Assembly (NCBI GenBank): GCA_944327465.1
Contig: CALVHH010000008.1
Coordinates: 40-64,039 of the forward strand
Reading direction: 5' to 3'
From: an uncultured Clostridia bacterium
GTDB lineage: Bacteria; Bacillota; Clostridia; Christensenellales; Borkfalkiaceae
DNA length: 64,000 nucleotides
Shown: positions 1 through 9,010 of the stretch, one piece after another
Layout of the letters: each line of letters starts with the position of its first letter
Position numbering within the stretch: position 1 is the stretch's first letter
Made by a program: the position numbers and the translations under genes
Notes under the pieces: generated by a model
Databases searched by the model: none
Told to the model about the DNA's origin: nothing
What the model saw: only the letters and a program-made list of their open reading frames with translations

Positions 1-76
1 CAAAAAAATATTGCAAAAAGTTCTAACGTCTCCCGCCGCCGCGTATAATGGAGTATAACTTTTCCGGAGGCAAACC

Positions 77-814
77 ATGGATAATCTTGAATACGCCGAA
101 ATGCTCGAGATACCCGTAAATACCGTAAACGTCACCAAAAAGAAGGGTCTCTTCAGGCGCAAAACGCTGCGCAGGGACGATTTAAAGAGCGACGTGCTCG
201 CCACCGTCAACAGCCGCGCCGAGGGCGAGGAGTATGACGGCAGGGCTGATTTCATTCAGACCGAGGACCTTACGCAGCTACCCGAAGACGCGGCAAAGCC
301 GCGTGACGGCGCCGCGACCATACTCATAGCCGAAGCCGTTGCTGCGTGCCTGCTCGCGGGCGGCATATTCCTTACGAACGCCCTCGTCGACAATACGGCT
401 ATAAACAACTTTGTGGCGGGGCTGTCGCAGCCCGCGGAACAGCAGGTCAGCTACACCGAGCTCGAACTTTCGCCCGTGGTCAGCCTGCTCTCCGACGTCA
501 CCGTCGACCGCGCCGAAAGCGGCGCCATAACCTTTACGGCAAACACCGCCGTGTACCCCGTGTGCGACGGCGAAGTTGCCTCGGTCACCTCGTCAGAAGG
601 GCTGTATACCGTCAAAATAGCGCACACGCCGTCGTTTTCAAGCGTCATCAGCGGGCTGACGGATGTGTACGTGTCTGCGGGCGACGGCGTCAGGGCAAAC
701 ATACCCTTTGCCCGTTCGGACGGCGAAAACACCGTAAGCGTGGCAATGTACGATGGCGACAGCGTGATAAGCGGCTACACGCTCGAAGGCGCCCTGCCCG
801 TCTGGAATTCGTGA
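77..814 (+). CDS. SpoIVFA-like membrane protein with degenerate M23/LytM-type C-terminal domain
   Basis: 245-aa ORF with GGAGG just upstream of ATG 77. Central TM segment (AATILIAEAVAACLLAGGIFL). The C-terminal LytM-like region has no recognisable metal-ligand His motifs. Its stop overlaps the GTG of the downstream M50 protease (GTGA), as in spoIVFA-spoIVFB operons. Confidence 0.55.
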   Translation: MDNLEYAEMLEIPVNTVNVTKKKGLFRRKTLRRDDLKSDVLATVNSRAEGEEYDGRADFIQTEDLTQLPEDAAKPRDGAATILIAEAVAACLLAGGIFLTNALVDNTAINNFVAGLSQPAEQQVSYTELELSPVVSLLSDVTVDRAESGAITFTANTAVYPVCDGEVASVTSSEGLYTVKIAHTPSFSSVISGLTDVYVSAGDGVRANIPFARSDGENTVSVAMYDGDSVISGYTLEGALPVWNS

Positions 815-1602
815 AGATATCCATACATCCGCTGTTCTTCGCCGTGCTCATATTCAGCGCGCTCTTCGGCGGACTGCTTATATGTATAATATGCGTGTTG
901 ACCGCCCTCCTGCACGAGTGCGGTCATATTTTTTGTGCCGCAAGGTACGGCTACGAGTGCGAGCGCATACGGCTCATGCCGTACGGCGCGGCGGCGGTGT
1001 GCGATATCGACGGCATATCCGCCGCTGACGAAATAAAGCTCGCCCTCGCAGGTCCCGCCGTCAACGCCGCCATATGCGTTGCGACAGCCGGGCTGTGGTG
1101 GTTTTTCCCGCAGACGTACGCCTATACCGACATTATCATGTACGCCTCGCTCGCCATGCTCGCAGTAAATCTTCTGCCCGCATATCCGCTGGACGGCGGA
1201 AGGGTGGCGGGGTGCTTGCTCTCGCGGCTGTTCGGACAAAAGACAGCCGACGTCGTGCTGAGGGCGCTCAACCTGATAGTTGCGGCGGCGCTCGCCGCCG
1301 CCTTCTTTTTCTGCGCCAACGCAACGCTGCTCGTGTTTGCGCTCTTTTTGCTCTGCTCTGCGTTCGAAAAGCGCAGCCCGGCGGTGCGCATAAATTTCTC
1401 GTCGCCGTCCCGTCTGCGGCGCGGACAGGAGATAAAGTGCGTGCTCGTCGACGGCAAGCTCACCGTGCTCGCCGCCGTGCGCCTTCTGGATGATAAGCGC
1501 TATCTCATACTGCGCAACCGCGACGACGGCAGCGAACTGACGCAGGACCAGCTGTACGCGGTCATATCGGAAAAGGGGATATACGACAGCGTGTGGGGAT
1601 GA
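811..1602 (+). CDS. spoIVFB: Site-2 (M50) intramembrane metalloprotease, SpoIVFB-like
   Basis: HExxH in a TM helix (LLHECGHIF) and the NLLPAYPLDGGRV motif; multiple TM helices and a C-terminal soluble domain. Start moved to in-frame GTG 811 because the 346 start overlaps the upstream gene. Confidence 0.8.
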   Translation: MKISIHPLFFAVLIFSALFGGLLICIICVLTALLHECGHIFCAARYGYECERIRLMPYGAAAVCDIDGISAADEIKLALAGPAVNAAICVATAGLWWFFPQTYAYTDIIMYASLAMLAVNLLPAYPLDGGRVAGCLLSRLFGQKTADVVLRALNLIVAAALAAAFFFCANATLLVFALFLLCSAFEKRSPAVRINFSSPSRLRRGQEIKCVLVDGKLTVLAAVRLLDDKRYLILRNRDDGSELTQDQLYAVISEKGIYDSVWG

Positions 1603-1628
1603 CTTCGGCATGGCGGCGAAAATGCAGG

Positions 1629-1659
1629 GCGCCCGATTGCGCAACGCGCAATCGGGCGC
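1629..1659. terminator. Bidirectional hairpin between convergent genes
   Basis: Perfect 14-bp stem GCGCCCGATTGCGC / GCGCAATCGGGCGC with a 3-nt loop, lying between the spoIVFB stop and the stop of the minus-strand gene. Confidence 0.6.
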
Positions 1660-2337
1660 TCAAAAGTTCCTCTGCAAAAAGCTTTTTGCAAATACGTCCG
1701 GGTCTATGTTGCCGTCGAGCACGCACTTCACAGCCGCCGCGCCCCGCTCCAGCCCGTCCTCAAAGGCATCCGACAGCGAAGGGTAGTCGTAATCGAAGGA
1801 ATAGGTCTGCCGCTTTCGCATATACATCGCCCTTGTGTATGCAAAGTACCTTTTAAGGCAGCGCTCGGTGCCCACCGGCGTTATCTGCGGCAGTAGCCTG
1901 CTTATTGCGTCGTACACGGCTTCCGCCGCGCCGCATACGTCCTCACGCGGCATGATCTTGCGCGGCACGCCCGTCCTGCGCGAAACGTACAGCCCTATGT
2001 CCCTTTCAAATGCAAGGTGGGCAAACGGTGTGCGGCACTTTTCGGCAAATGCGTATACGGCGGGGTGCAGCGCGCTGTCCAGCGCGTAGTGGGTGGCATA
2101 GCCCGCCGCATACGAAGGGTGCGCGCCCTTCAGCTTTTCAAACGTTCCCGCCGCGTCATACATGTGCAGCCTTCTTCCGAGATTGCTCCGCCTGTGCAGG
2201 TTGTACATGAACAGCACGTCGCCGCCCTGTGCGCCCAGCGCGTACAGCTTTCTGTCGGTTATCATCAGCCTGTGGCTTCTGTCAAGCCGTTCAAATATCT
2301 CCTGCGAGAGTATGGAGTGGGTAAAATAGTCGGGCAT
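1660..2337 (-). CDS. Zinc-dependent phospholipase C-like family protein (tentative)
   Basis: 225-aa ORF. The N-terminal MPDYFTHS and His-rich pattern resemble the PLC-like zinc-binding family. Assignment is from memory of the family only. Confidence 0.4.
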   Translation of the reverse strand: MPDYFTHSILSQEIFERLDRSHRLMITDRKLYALGAQGGDVLFMYNLHRRSNLGRRLHMYDAAGTFEKLKGAHPSYAAGYATHYALDSALHPAVYAFAEKCRTPFAHLAFERDIGLYVSRRTGVPRKIMPREDVCGAAEAVYDAISRLLPQITPVGTERCLKRYFAYTRAMYMRKRQTYSFDYDYPSLSDAFEDGLERGAAAVKCVLDGNIDPDVFAKSFLQRNF

Positions 2338-2338
2338 A

Positions 2339-3160
2339 TTACAAGTTTGAGCGTTTTGCGTAGAATAAATACTGCTGCATGTATCCCGAAAACTGCCCGA
2401 AAAGGGAGGTAAAGTATGCGTTTATCTTGTTTCTGTCGGTCAGCGTTCCGCCAAAGTCCTCGCGGTACAGCTTTTCTATCCACGTATCCACGGGAAAGGC
2501 GTCCCGCCTGCCGAATCCGAACAGACATATGCAGTCCGCCACCTTTGGACCCACGCCCTTATAAGTCAGCAGCTGTCGCCTCAGCTCGTCGCCGGGCAGA
2601 CCGTACAGCCGCTCTATGCCCTCGGCGGCAATGCGCCGCGCGGTGTCGCTAATGAATACGTCGCGGTACCCCGCGCCCAGCGAGCGGTAGTATTCGGGCT
2701 CCTTCGCCGCCAGCGCGGAGGAGGATGGAAAGGCGTAAAAGTCGCCCAACGGCGAGGACATCTTTTGCCCCAGACCCTCGCATATGCGCGAGATAATGAG
2801 CTTTATCCGCGGGATATTGTTGTTCTGCGATATTATAAAGGAGTATATCATCTCCTCGCTGTTCTGGTTGAGCAGCCGCAGTCCCGCCGCCTTTTTGCAG
2901 GCGCTCGTCAGGGCGGGCACGCCAAAGCTCTCCGCCCGCTCAATTATCTTTGAATAGTCCCTGCCGAGGTCAAAAAAATTATAAAAATAGTCGGCGTCGC
3001 CGCACTCGACTATCGTCTTTGCGCCGTCGGTATATATGTAGCAGTCCTTGTCGGCGGAAAAAACTCTGTAGCCCTGCCTGAACTTTTCAAAGCGGAATAT
3101 CTGTCCGCACTCCAAAACGTCGGCGGGCACAAAGCAGGTCGAATCGTAGTCGAATTTCAT
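2339..3160 (-). CDS. ogg: 8-oxoguanine DNA glycosylase (Ogg, HhH-GPD superfamily)
   Basis: 273 aa. HhH-GPD signature YKGVGPKVADCICLFGF...AFPVDTW with the catalytic Lys and Asp positions of Ogg1-type enzymes. Confidence 0.8.
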   Translation of the reverse strand: MKFDYDSTCFVPADVLECGQIFRFEKFRQGYRVFSADKDCYIYTDGAKTIVECGDADYFYNFFDLGRDYSKIIERAESFGVPALTSACKKAAGLRLLNQNSEEMIYSFIISQNNNIPRIKLIISRICEGLGQKMSSPLGDFYAFPSSSALAAKEPEYYRSLGAGYRDVFISDTARRIAAEGIERLYGLPGDELRRQLLTYKGVGPKVADCICLFGFGRRDAFPVDTWIEKLYREDFGGTLTDRNKINAYFTSLFGQFSGYMQQYLFYAKRSNL

Positions 3161-3193
3161 ATGTAAAACTCCGTGCTCGTATGAGCGTATATA

Positions 3194-3222
3194 ATTTTAC
3201 CACCGTCGGCGGCTCAAGTCAA
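3194..3222 (-). promoter_or_regulatory. Sigma-A type promoter for ogg
   Basis: Minus strand reads TTGACT, 17 nt spacer, TAAAAT, about 30 nt upstream of the ogg ATG. Confidence 0.5.
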
Positions 3223-3233
3223 CCCGGGGCGGC

Positions 3234-3274
3234 AAAAAGGCGCGGCGGTCGCAAAATTTTGCGACCGCCGCGCC
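3234..3274 (-). terminator. Rho-independent terminator after the DUF1700 membrane gene
   Basis: Perfect palindrome GGCGCGGCGGTCGCAAAA/TTTTGCGACCGCCGCGCC followed by a T run on the minus strand. Confidence 0.65.
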
Positions 3275-3287
3275 CGCGTTTTATTCC

Positions 3288-3797
3288 CTATGCCGCGGCA
3301 CGGTCAAAAATATAGTCCGAAAGTCTGTGGTATAGCTCGCCTGTCGCCCGTGCCAGAAGCTTTATCAGTACTGCTGCCACAGGTATAGCGGCGGCGCCCG
3401 CCACGGTGATTGCAATGCCGCCCATCGTTGAAAAATACGTATGGCTCTGTGTGACTGCCGCAAAAATTATCGTCAGCACGCCGCCCGTTATCAGCCCCGC
3501 GGGCACGAGCGCAAGCCAGGCTATTGCCGCCGCCATGCCGACTATCACCGCCAGAGCGCCTGTTATGAATATAAATTTCAGCAGCGCGTTCTCGCGCCCG
3601 GCAGGCGCCGTCCTTACCGCCGCCGCGGCGGCAGCCTGCGGCGTTCCCAGCCTTTCCACGGCTTCGCTCTCGCTCAGCCCGCCGTCGCGCAGCCTGCCGT
3701 ATCGCACGGCATATTCGGTCAGTATGCTCCGCCGCTGACCTTCCGTCATGTCTTTTAATTTTTCATCCAGCCTGTCGCGCCACTCTATGTACGTCAT
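3288..3797 (-). CDS. DUF1700-type (HAAS) membrane protein
   Basis: 169 aa. The N-terminal MTYIEWRDRLDEKL...GLSESEAVERLGTP motif is typical of DUF1700. The C-terminal half is hydrophobic (3-4 TM). Confidence 0.6.
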   Translation of the reverse strand: MTYIEWRDRLDEKLKDMTEGQRRSILTEYAVRYGRLRDGGLSESEAVERLGTPQAAAAAAVRTAPAGRENALLKFIFITGALAVIVGMAAAIAWLALVPAGLITGGVLTIIFAAVTQSHTYFSTMGGIAITVAGAAAIPVAAVLIKLLARATGELYHRLSDYIFDRAAA

Positions 3798-3827
3798 AAC
3801 AACTCCTTTGCCGCAGCTGCGGCATAT

Positions 3828-4796
3828 TTATCCTTCAAAAGCTGCGTTCAGCGCTCCGCAGTACACTTCCGCCGCGAGCGACCGTTCGCTTCCCGCAGAC
3901 CTCTCTTCAAGGCTGCAGCTGCTCAGCGTCTTTTTTACTTTTATGTCGTAGTCGTCGCTCCTGCCCGCAAGCTTTATGTTGGCGGCGCCCGCGCTGACGA
4001 AAATATTTGTGCGCTTGCAGTCTATCATGTCCGCGCCGCCCTTGCCGGCATTTATTTTTATGTCCGCGCACGAACCGCATATGCTGCCCGCGTACAGCAC
4101 GCCCGCGTTGATTTCGGCGTACAGTCTGTGGCACACCGCACCCGATATATCTATCTTTCCCGCGTCCGTGGCAAAGTGCGCGTCGCCGCAGAATATCTTT
4201 CCCGTGCTCAGCGCCCCGCCCTCGATATACGCCTTTATGTTGCCGTAGTCGCCGCCTGCAAGCTTTATGCTTCCGCCGGTCAGGCGGATGTCGCAGTCGG
4301 GCGTCATGTCGGCGGGCAGTTCTATAGTCATTTCGGCTATCAGCCCAGCCTTTAAATCCACGTTTCTGAATTTAACGTTCCTGTGCTTTATGGTTATCTT
4401 GCCGCCCTGCTGCGATATCCTGTAGTCGAGCAGCGAATTGACGGGATAGTCTATGCGCACCTGTCTGTCGCGGCTGAATTTTACATGTATCCTGCTGAGC
4501 GCGCCGTTTATCTCTATGGCGTCGGCTGCCCCGCACGACGTAAACAGCGCCCGCTCGTCGTTTCCTTCGGGCGCAGGGCGCTTTGCGCCCTCATTGGGGC
4601 AGCCCTCGCCGTCGAGTATCTTTTTTGCCGCGTCGTAGGGCGCGCCGAACTGCGCCACGGCATCTTCTTCGCTCAGCCCGCTGTCGCGCTTGTCGGCGTA
4701 CATCTCGCCGTAGTACAAAATTATGTTCTCGCGCTCGCTCTCGTCCAGCCCGCCGAGAAAGTGTTCAAGTTCGTCCCGCCATTCAATATATTTCAT
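3828..4796 (-). CDS. DUF1700 N-terminal domain fused to a DUF4097-like beta-repeat domain
   Basis: 322 aa. N-terminus MKYIEWRDELEHFL...GLSEEDAVAQFGAP is paralogous to the 3288..3797 gene. The C-terminal part has repetitive G-x-I/L patterns like DUF4097. No TM segment seen. Confidence 0.6.
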   Translation of the reverse strand: MKYIEWRDELEHFLGGLDESERENIILYYGEMYADKRDSGLSEEDAVAQFGAPYDAAKKILDGEGCPNEGAKRPAPEGNDERALFTSCGAADAIEINGALSRIHVKFSRDRQVRIDYPVNSLLDYRISQQGGKITIKHRNVKFRNVDLKAGLIAEMTIELPADMTPDCDIRLTGGSIKLAGGDYGNIKAYIEGGALSTGKIFCGDAHFATDAGKIDISGAVCHRLYAEINAGVLYAGSICGSCADIKINAGKGGADMIDCKRTNIFVSAGAANIKLAGRSDDYDIKVKKTLSSCSLEERSAGSERSLAAEVYCGALNAAFEG

Positions 4797-4797
4797 A

Positions 4798-5100
4798 TTA
4801 TCTGAAGATCCTCTTATATATAGTTATTATTGCTTCAAAATCCTGTCTGTATTCGGCAAGTTTCTTTCTGCCCGTGTCGGTCAGCGTATAATACCTTCGC
4901 AGCCTGCCGTTGAATTCCTTGCTGTACGTTTCAAGCGCCCCTGAACTTTCCAGCCTCTTTAAAATGGGGTACAGCGTGCTTTCGGAAACTTCGATAACGT
5001 CTTTAAGGTCGGTAATTATCTTGTATCCGTAGCTCTCGCCGTCCTTCAGCGCGTACAGCACGCAGGCGTCCAGCACGCCCTTCTTTATCTGAACATCCAC
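4798..5100 (-). CDS. PadR family transcriptional regulator
   Basis: 100 aa. Winged-helix pattern GESYGYKIITDL...STLYPILKRLESSGALE...RRYYTLTDTGR. Confidence 0.85.
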   Translation of the reverse strand: MDVQIKKGVLDACVLYALKDGESYGYKIITDLKDVIEVSESTLYPILKRLESSGALETYSKEFNGRLRRYYTLTDTGRKKLAEYRQDFEAIITIYKRIFR

Positions 5101-5123
5101 ATCAATACCTCGTTACGTCTAAT

Positions 5124-5152
5124 ACTATACAATACATAGTATACCTTGTCAA
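5124..5152 (-). promoter_or_regulatory. Sigma-A type promoter of the padR operon with an embedded inverted repeat
   Basis: Minus strand reads TTGACA, 17 nt, TATAGT. The inverted repeat ATACTAT-N7-ATAGTAT (5122..5142) overlaps the spacer and the -10 box. Confidence 0.5.
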
Positions 5153-5242
5153 GTATTTTTTGTATTTTTCTGCAAAAAATAATTGTGCCGCCGCGCCCGC
5201 GGGGCGCGGCGGCAGAAAACTTTTTAAAAATGGAGGGGGAAC

Positions 5243-6703
5243 ATGCACAGCGATGTAAAGGGAGGAGCAAAAAAGGGCTATGCGGCAATGCTTGAATACG
5301 TAAACAAGACGCTCACTTCGCCCGACGTAATGACCTTTGAATTCAAATCGCTTTCGGGCAAAAAGTTTGCGGCGGTATATCTCGACGGCGTCACCGACAA
5401 GGCGCTGCTCGGCGAGCTCGTAATAAAGCCGCTGCGCTCCGTGCGCGAAGGGGAAGAGGACGGGCAGACAGCCATGCTGCTCGCCTCGCCCGAAATAAAG
5501 GAATGTAAGGAAATACAGGAAGTTATCGACGGCATACTCGACGGCAACGCCGCGCTGTTTGTTGAAGACGGCGGCGCGATGTATGTGATAGGCTTAAAAA
5601 ATCCGCCCGGCAGGGCGGTCACCGAGCCGCCCACGCAGGTGACGGTAAAAGGTCCCAGGGAGGGCTTTACCGAAGATATCAAGACAAATCTCGGGCTGGT
5701 CAGAAAGCGCTTAAAGAGCAGCGATCTGCACATAAAGCTGCTCTCTTCGGGCAGGCAGAGCGCCACGGCGGTGGCGCTGTGCTATATACGCGGCGTCTGC
5801 CGCGAGGGCGTGCCCGAACAGATCGAAGAGAACATAAAGAAGAACAAGATAGACCTCGTGCCCGATTCTTCGTATATCTCGTCCTTCATAACCAAGCATC
5901 CCCGCTCGCTCTTCAAGCACTGCGGCTCGTGCGAAAAGCCCGATATCTTCTGCGCAAAACTGTGCGAAGGCAGGGCGGGCATAATAGTCGACGGCTCGCC
6001 CATAGCGCTCACCGCGCCGTATATGGTAGTCGAAGACTTCCAGTCTGCCGAAGATTACTATATAACTTCCTACCGCGCCACTATAATCAGGGCGCTCAGG
6101 CTCGCGGCGGTGCTCATAGGCATACTTCTGCCCTCCGTCTACATCTGTGCGCAGCTCTTCAAAATACAGCTCATCCCCGTAAAGCTGCTCTTCAAAATAG
6201 CCAGCTCGGTCTCGGGCATACCCTTTTCGCCCAGCGTCGAAATGTTCTTGACGCTTATGGTGCTCGAAGTTTTGAACGAAGCTTCCATAAGAATGCCCAA
6301 ATACGTAGGGTTGGCGCTTTCGGTGGTCGGTGCGCTGGTGCTCGGCGATACCGCCGTAAAGGCGGGCATAATCTCCACACCCGCCATAATAATAGTGGCG
6401 TTTTCGGCTATATGCCTTTATACCGTGCCCGACCTCGTCGAAACCACCACCACGCTCAGGCTGCTCTATCTCATGGTTGCGGGTTCGCTGGGGCTGTACG
6501 GCATAGTGCTGCTCACGGCGTTCATGCTCTGCTATCTGTGCTCCGAACAGTCCTACGGCGTGCCGCTGCTCGCGCCGTTTGCGCCCCTCGTCGAAGGCGA
6601 CCTCAAGGACGCGCTCTTAAAGAGCAACATGTACTCCATCAAAAGGCGGCCGCTGTCGCTCGGCTCGCGCAACAAAGTGAGGCTCAAAAGTGATAAAAAA
6701 TAA
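5243..6703 (+). CDS. Spore germination protein, GerA family A subunit
   Basis: 486 aa with strong SD (GGAGGGGG). N-terminal soluble domain plus C-terminal TM block typical of GerAA/GerKA. First gene of a three-gene A-B-C operon with overlapping junctions. Confidence 0.85.
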   Translation: MHSDVKGGAKKGYAAMLEYVNKTLTSPDVMTFEFKSLSGKKFAAVYLDGVTDKALLGELVIKPLRSVREGEEDGQTAMLLASPEIKECKEIQEVIDGILDGNAALFVEDGGAMYVIGLKNPPGRAVTEPPTQVTVKGPREGFTEDIKTNLGLVRKRLKSSDLHIKLLSSGRQSATAVALCYIRGVCREGVPEQIEENIKKNKIDLVPDSSYISSFITKHPRSLFKHCGSCEKPDIFCAKLCEGRAGIIVDGSPIALTAPYMVVEDFQSAEDYYITSYRATIIRALRLAAVLIGILLPSVYICAQLFKIQLIPVKLLFKIASSVSGIPFSPSVEMFLTLMVLEVLNEASIRMPKYVGLALSVVGALVLGDTAVKAGIISTPAIIIVAFSAICLYTVPDLVETTTTLRLLYLMVAGSLGLYGIVLLTAFMLCYLCSEQSYGVPLLAPFAPLVEGDLKDALLKSNMYSIKRRPLSLGSRNKVRLKSDKK

Positions 6704-7772
6704 TTTAAGTTTGCGGCAGGTCTGCATAATCATGTGCGTGTTCAATGCTGCGGCAAAGCTGATGATATACCCCACTGCAATGGCGGCAATGTGCGGCAAC
6801 GTCCTGTGGCTGCCCGTGCTCGCCGACTGCTTATTGCAGTCGCTGGTCGTCTGGCTCGTCTGTATGCTCGCCGCCCGCACGGACAGAACTTTCTTCGAGC
6901 TGCTCTCCTGCGCCTTCGGCAGACCTGCGGCACGCGTCGTATACGTCGCGTTCGCGCTCTACTTCGCGCTGTCGGCATTCGTGCCCATGACCGAGCAGCA
7001 GGCAATGGTGCACGAAGTCTTTTACGATACCATCCCGTCGCTGCTCACCTTTTTGCCCTTTTTCTTCTTTTCGGCGTACGCCGGCAGCAGGGGGCTGACC
7101 AACGCCGGCAGAACTGCCGAAATCTGCCTGCCCGTATTTGCCGTCACGGTCATAATCCTCGTGGTCATGGGTCTGCCCGAGTGCGACTTTTCGGCGCTGC
7201 TGCCCGTGTCGGCGCCAATAAATAGCGTCTTGGGTGGCTGCGTCGGCGGATTTTTCCGCTTCAACGAAGGCGCCGTCATGCTGCTTCTGATGGGTCACTT
7301 CAGGTACAAGCGGGGTGACGCCATGAAAATAACGCTGTCATGCGCGCTCGGCGGGGCGATAGTTGCGGCGGTGTGCGCGGTGTTCTATGCAATATATTCC
7401 TTCCTCGCCCCCCAGCAGTACTTTGCAATAGCCAAGATATCCATATTTTTTTCGGCGATCAGCCTCATCGGCCGCACAGACCTCATGGCGGTGTACGCGC
7501 TGGATATCGCCATGCTCTTTGCAATAGCAATGTATATCCAGCTCGCGGTATACTGTCTTTCAAAGGCGTTCTCGGTGCAGCTGCATCCCCTATATTCTCT
7601 CGTTATAAACATTGCGCTGTTTGCGCTCACGCTGCTGTTCAACAACAAATTTGCGCTCGTCCAGCAGCTCGGTGCCGCCGTCCTCGGCTGGGGCACGCTG
7701 CTGTTTGCCTGCGCAATGCCCGCCGCGGGCTGGCTGGCATATATAGTGGGGGTAAAGCATGAAAAAGTTTGA
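6690..7772 (+). CDS. Spore germination protein, GerA family B subunit (APC-type permease)
   Basis: 360-aa polytopic membrane protein (about 10 TM). The GTG start overlaps the A-subunit stop by 14 nt. Confidence 0.75.
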   Translation: MIKNNLSLRQVCIIMCVFNAAAKLMIYPTAMAAMCGNVLWLPVLADCLLQSLVVWLVCMLAARTDRTFFELLSCAFGRPAARVVYVAFALYFALSAFVPMTEQQAMVHEVFYDTIPSLLTFLPFFFFSAYAGSRGLTNAGRTAEICLPVFAVTVIILVVMGLPECDFSALLPVSAPINSVLGGCVGGFFRFNEGAVMLLLMGHFRYKRGDAMKITLSCALGGAIVAAVCAVFYAIYSFLAPQQYFAIAKISIFFSAISLIGRTDLMAVYALDIAMLFAIAMYIQLAVYCLSKAFSVQLHPLYSLVINIALFALTLLFNNKFALVQQLGAAVLGWGTLLFACAMPAAGWLAYIVGVKHEKV

Positions 7773-8955
7773 TTTAAAGCGCCTTGCCGCCATTATCTAC
7801 GCGCTCGCCATAACCGCCATGGCGTTTCTGTTCTTCACAAACGACTTCGGACTGGTCGACATCCGCAAGACCGCCGTCATCATAGGCGCGGGCATCGACC
7901 TGACCGAAGGCGGCGTAAGCGTCACTGCGCAGGTGGCGGTGCCCCAGCCCTCGGAAAACGGCGAAAACACCGTGTATATCGAAGTTGAAGGCGATGGCGC
8001 CACCGTCGCCGACGCTCTCAACGTGATCAACAAAAAGACGGGTTTTTTCCCAAAACTCGTCTTTTGCAAGCTGCTCATACTCGGCGAAAGCTGCCGCGAT
8101 GCCGACATCTTCGAAGTGCTCGACTATTTCTACCGCGACGACTACACTCAGCTGACGCCCGTCATAGCCATGTGCAGCGGCAGCGCGGGCGAGCTGCTCG
8201 CTTCAAAGATGCGCTTCGGCAACACCGCCACGGTCTCCATCGAGCGCCTGCTCTCCGACGAGGCGAAAAAGAGCGCCAACGTCTCCACCGTCAACTTAAA
8301 GATGATAGGCATAGACAATTTTTCGCAGTCGGCGGCGTGCTACATGCCCTATATCCGCGCCCGCGCCCAGTCGGCGGCAAGCCCTGCCGCGCAGAGCACG
8401 GGCGGCGGCGGACAGAGCGAAGGGCAGAGCGGAGGAGAGGAGGGGGGCGACATGCAGGAATTTTTGTGCGACCGCACAGCTATATTCCGCGGCGGTAGGT
8501 TTGCGGGCATACTCGATGAAGAGCAGACTTTCGCCCTCAACCTCTTAAAGAACAGCGTCAGGCACGTCTTTGTGCCCTGCACGTACGAAGGTACGGTGTA
8601 CACGCTGGGGCTGCGCAACTGCCGCGGCGGTGCAGGGGTGCGCTCTTCGGGCGGCGGAGCGGTGGCGCGGCTGGCTTTTTCCGCCGTAGTACAGGTCAAC
8701 GACGTGGGCAGGGCGGAAGACCCACGCTCGGTGTCCGAAGGCGTCGTGCCCGAAGGCGTACTGAGGGCGGGCGAAGCACGGCTGCGCGGTCTGTTTTCCT
8801 CGCTCTTTTCGGCGCTGCGCGAAGCCGACTGCGACGCGCTCGAACTGGGCACAAAGCTGTTCAGGTACGACCGCGCCCTCTACGAAGAGCTCGAAGGCAG
8901 GGTGCTTTCCTCGGCGCAGCTCGCCTTCGAAGTCAGCCTCCGCTCCGCGGGCTGA
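7759..8955 (+). CDS. Spore germination protein, Ger(x)C-like subunit
   Basis: 398 aa, third gene of the operon, overlapping the B subunit by 14 nt. N-terminal anchor followed by a soluble domain of GerAC-like length. Confidence 0.7.
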   Translation: MKKFDLKRLAAIIYALAITAMAFLFFTNDFGLVDIRKTAVIIGAGIDLTEGGVSVTAQVAVPQPSENGENTVYIEVEGDGATVADALNVINKKTGFFPKLVFCKLLILGESCRDADIFEVLDYFYRDDYTQLTPVIAMCSGSAGELLASKMRFGNTATVSIERLLSDEAKKSANVSTVNLKMIGIDNFSQSAACYMPYIRARAQSAASPAAQSTGGGGQSEGQSGGEEGGDMQEFLCDRTAIFRGGRFAGILDEEQTFALNLLKNSVRHVFVPCTYEGTVYTLGLRNCRGGAGVRSSGGGAVARLAFSAVVQVNDVGRAEDPRSVSEGVVPEGVLRAGEARLRGLFSSLFSALREADCDALELGTKLFRYDRALYEELEGRVLSSAQLAFEVSLRSAG

Positions 8956-8960
8956 AATGA

Positions 8961-8991
8961 GGGCGGGGCGGACCTCAGGTCCGCCCCGCCC
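8961..8991. terminator. Bidirectional terminator hairpin
   Basis: GGGCGGGGCGGACC-TCA-GGTCCGCCCCGCCC, a 14-bp perfect stem between convergent genes. Confidence 0.7.
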
Positions 8992-9010
8992 CGCGGCTCA
9001 AAGCCGCCCT

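Noticed and set aside
346-810. Upstream extension of the spoIVFB ORF
   Set aside because: It overlaps the SpoIVFA-like gene out of frame and is Arg-rich. The M50 protease begins at GTG 811, where the first TM helix starts.
5779-6693. 304-aa alternative-frame ORF inside the gerA-family A-subunit gene
   Set aside because: It is on the same strand but out of frame with a well-supported gene. The translation is Arg/His/Ala-rich with no motif.
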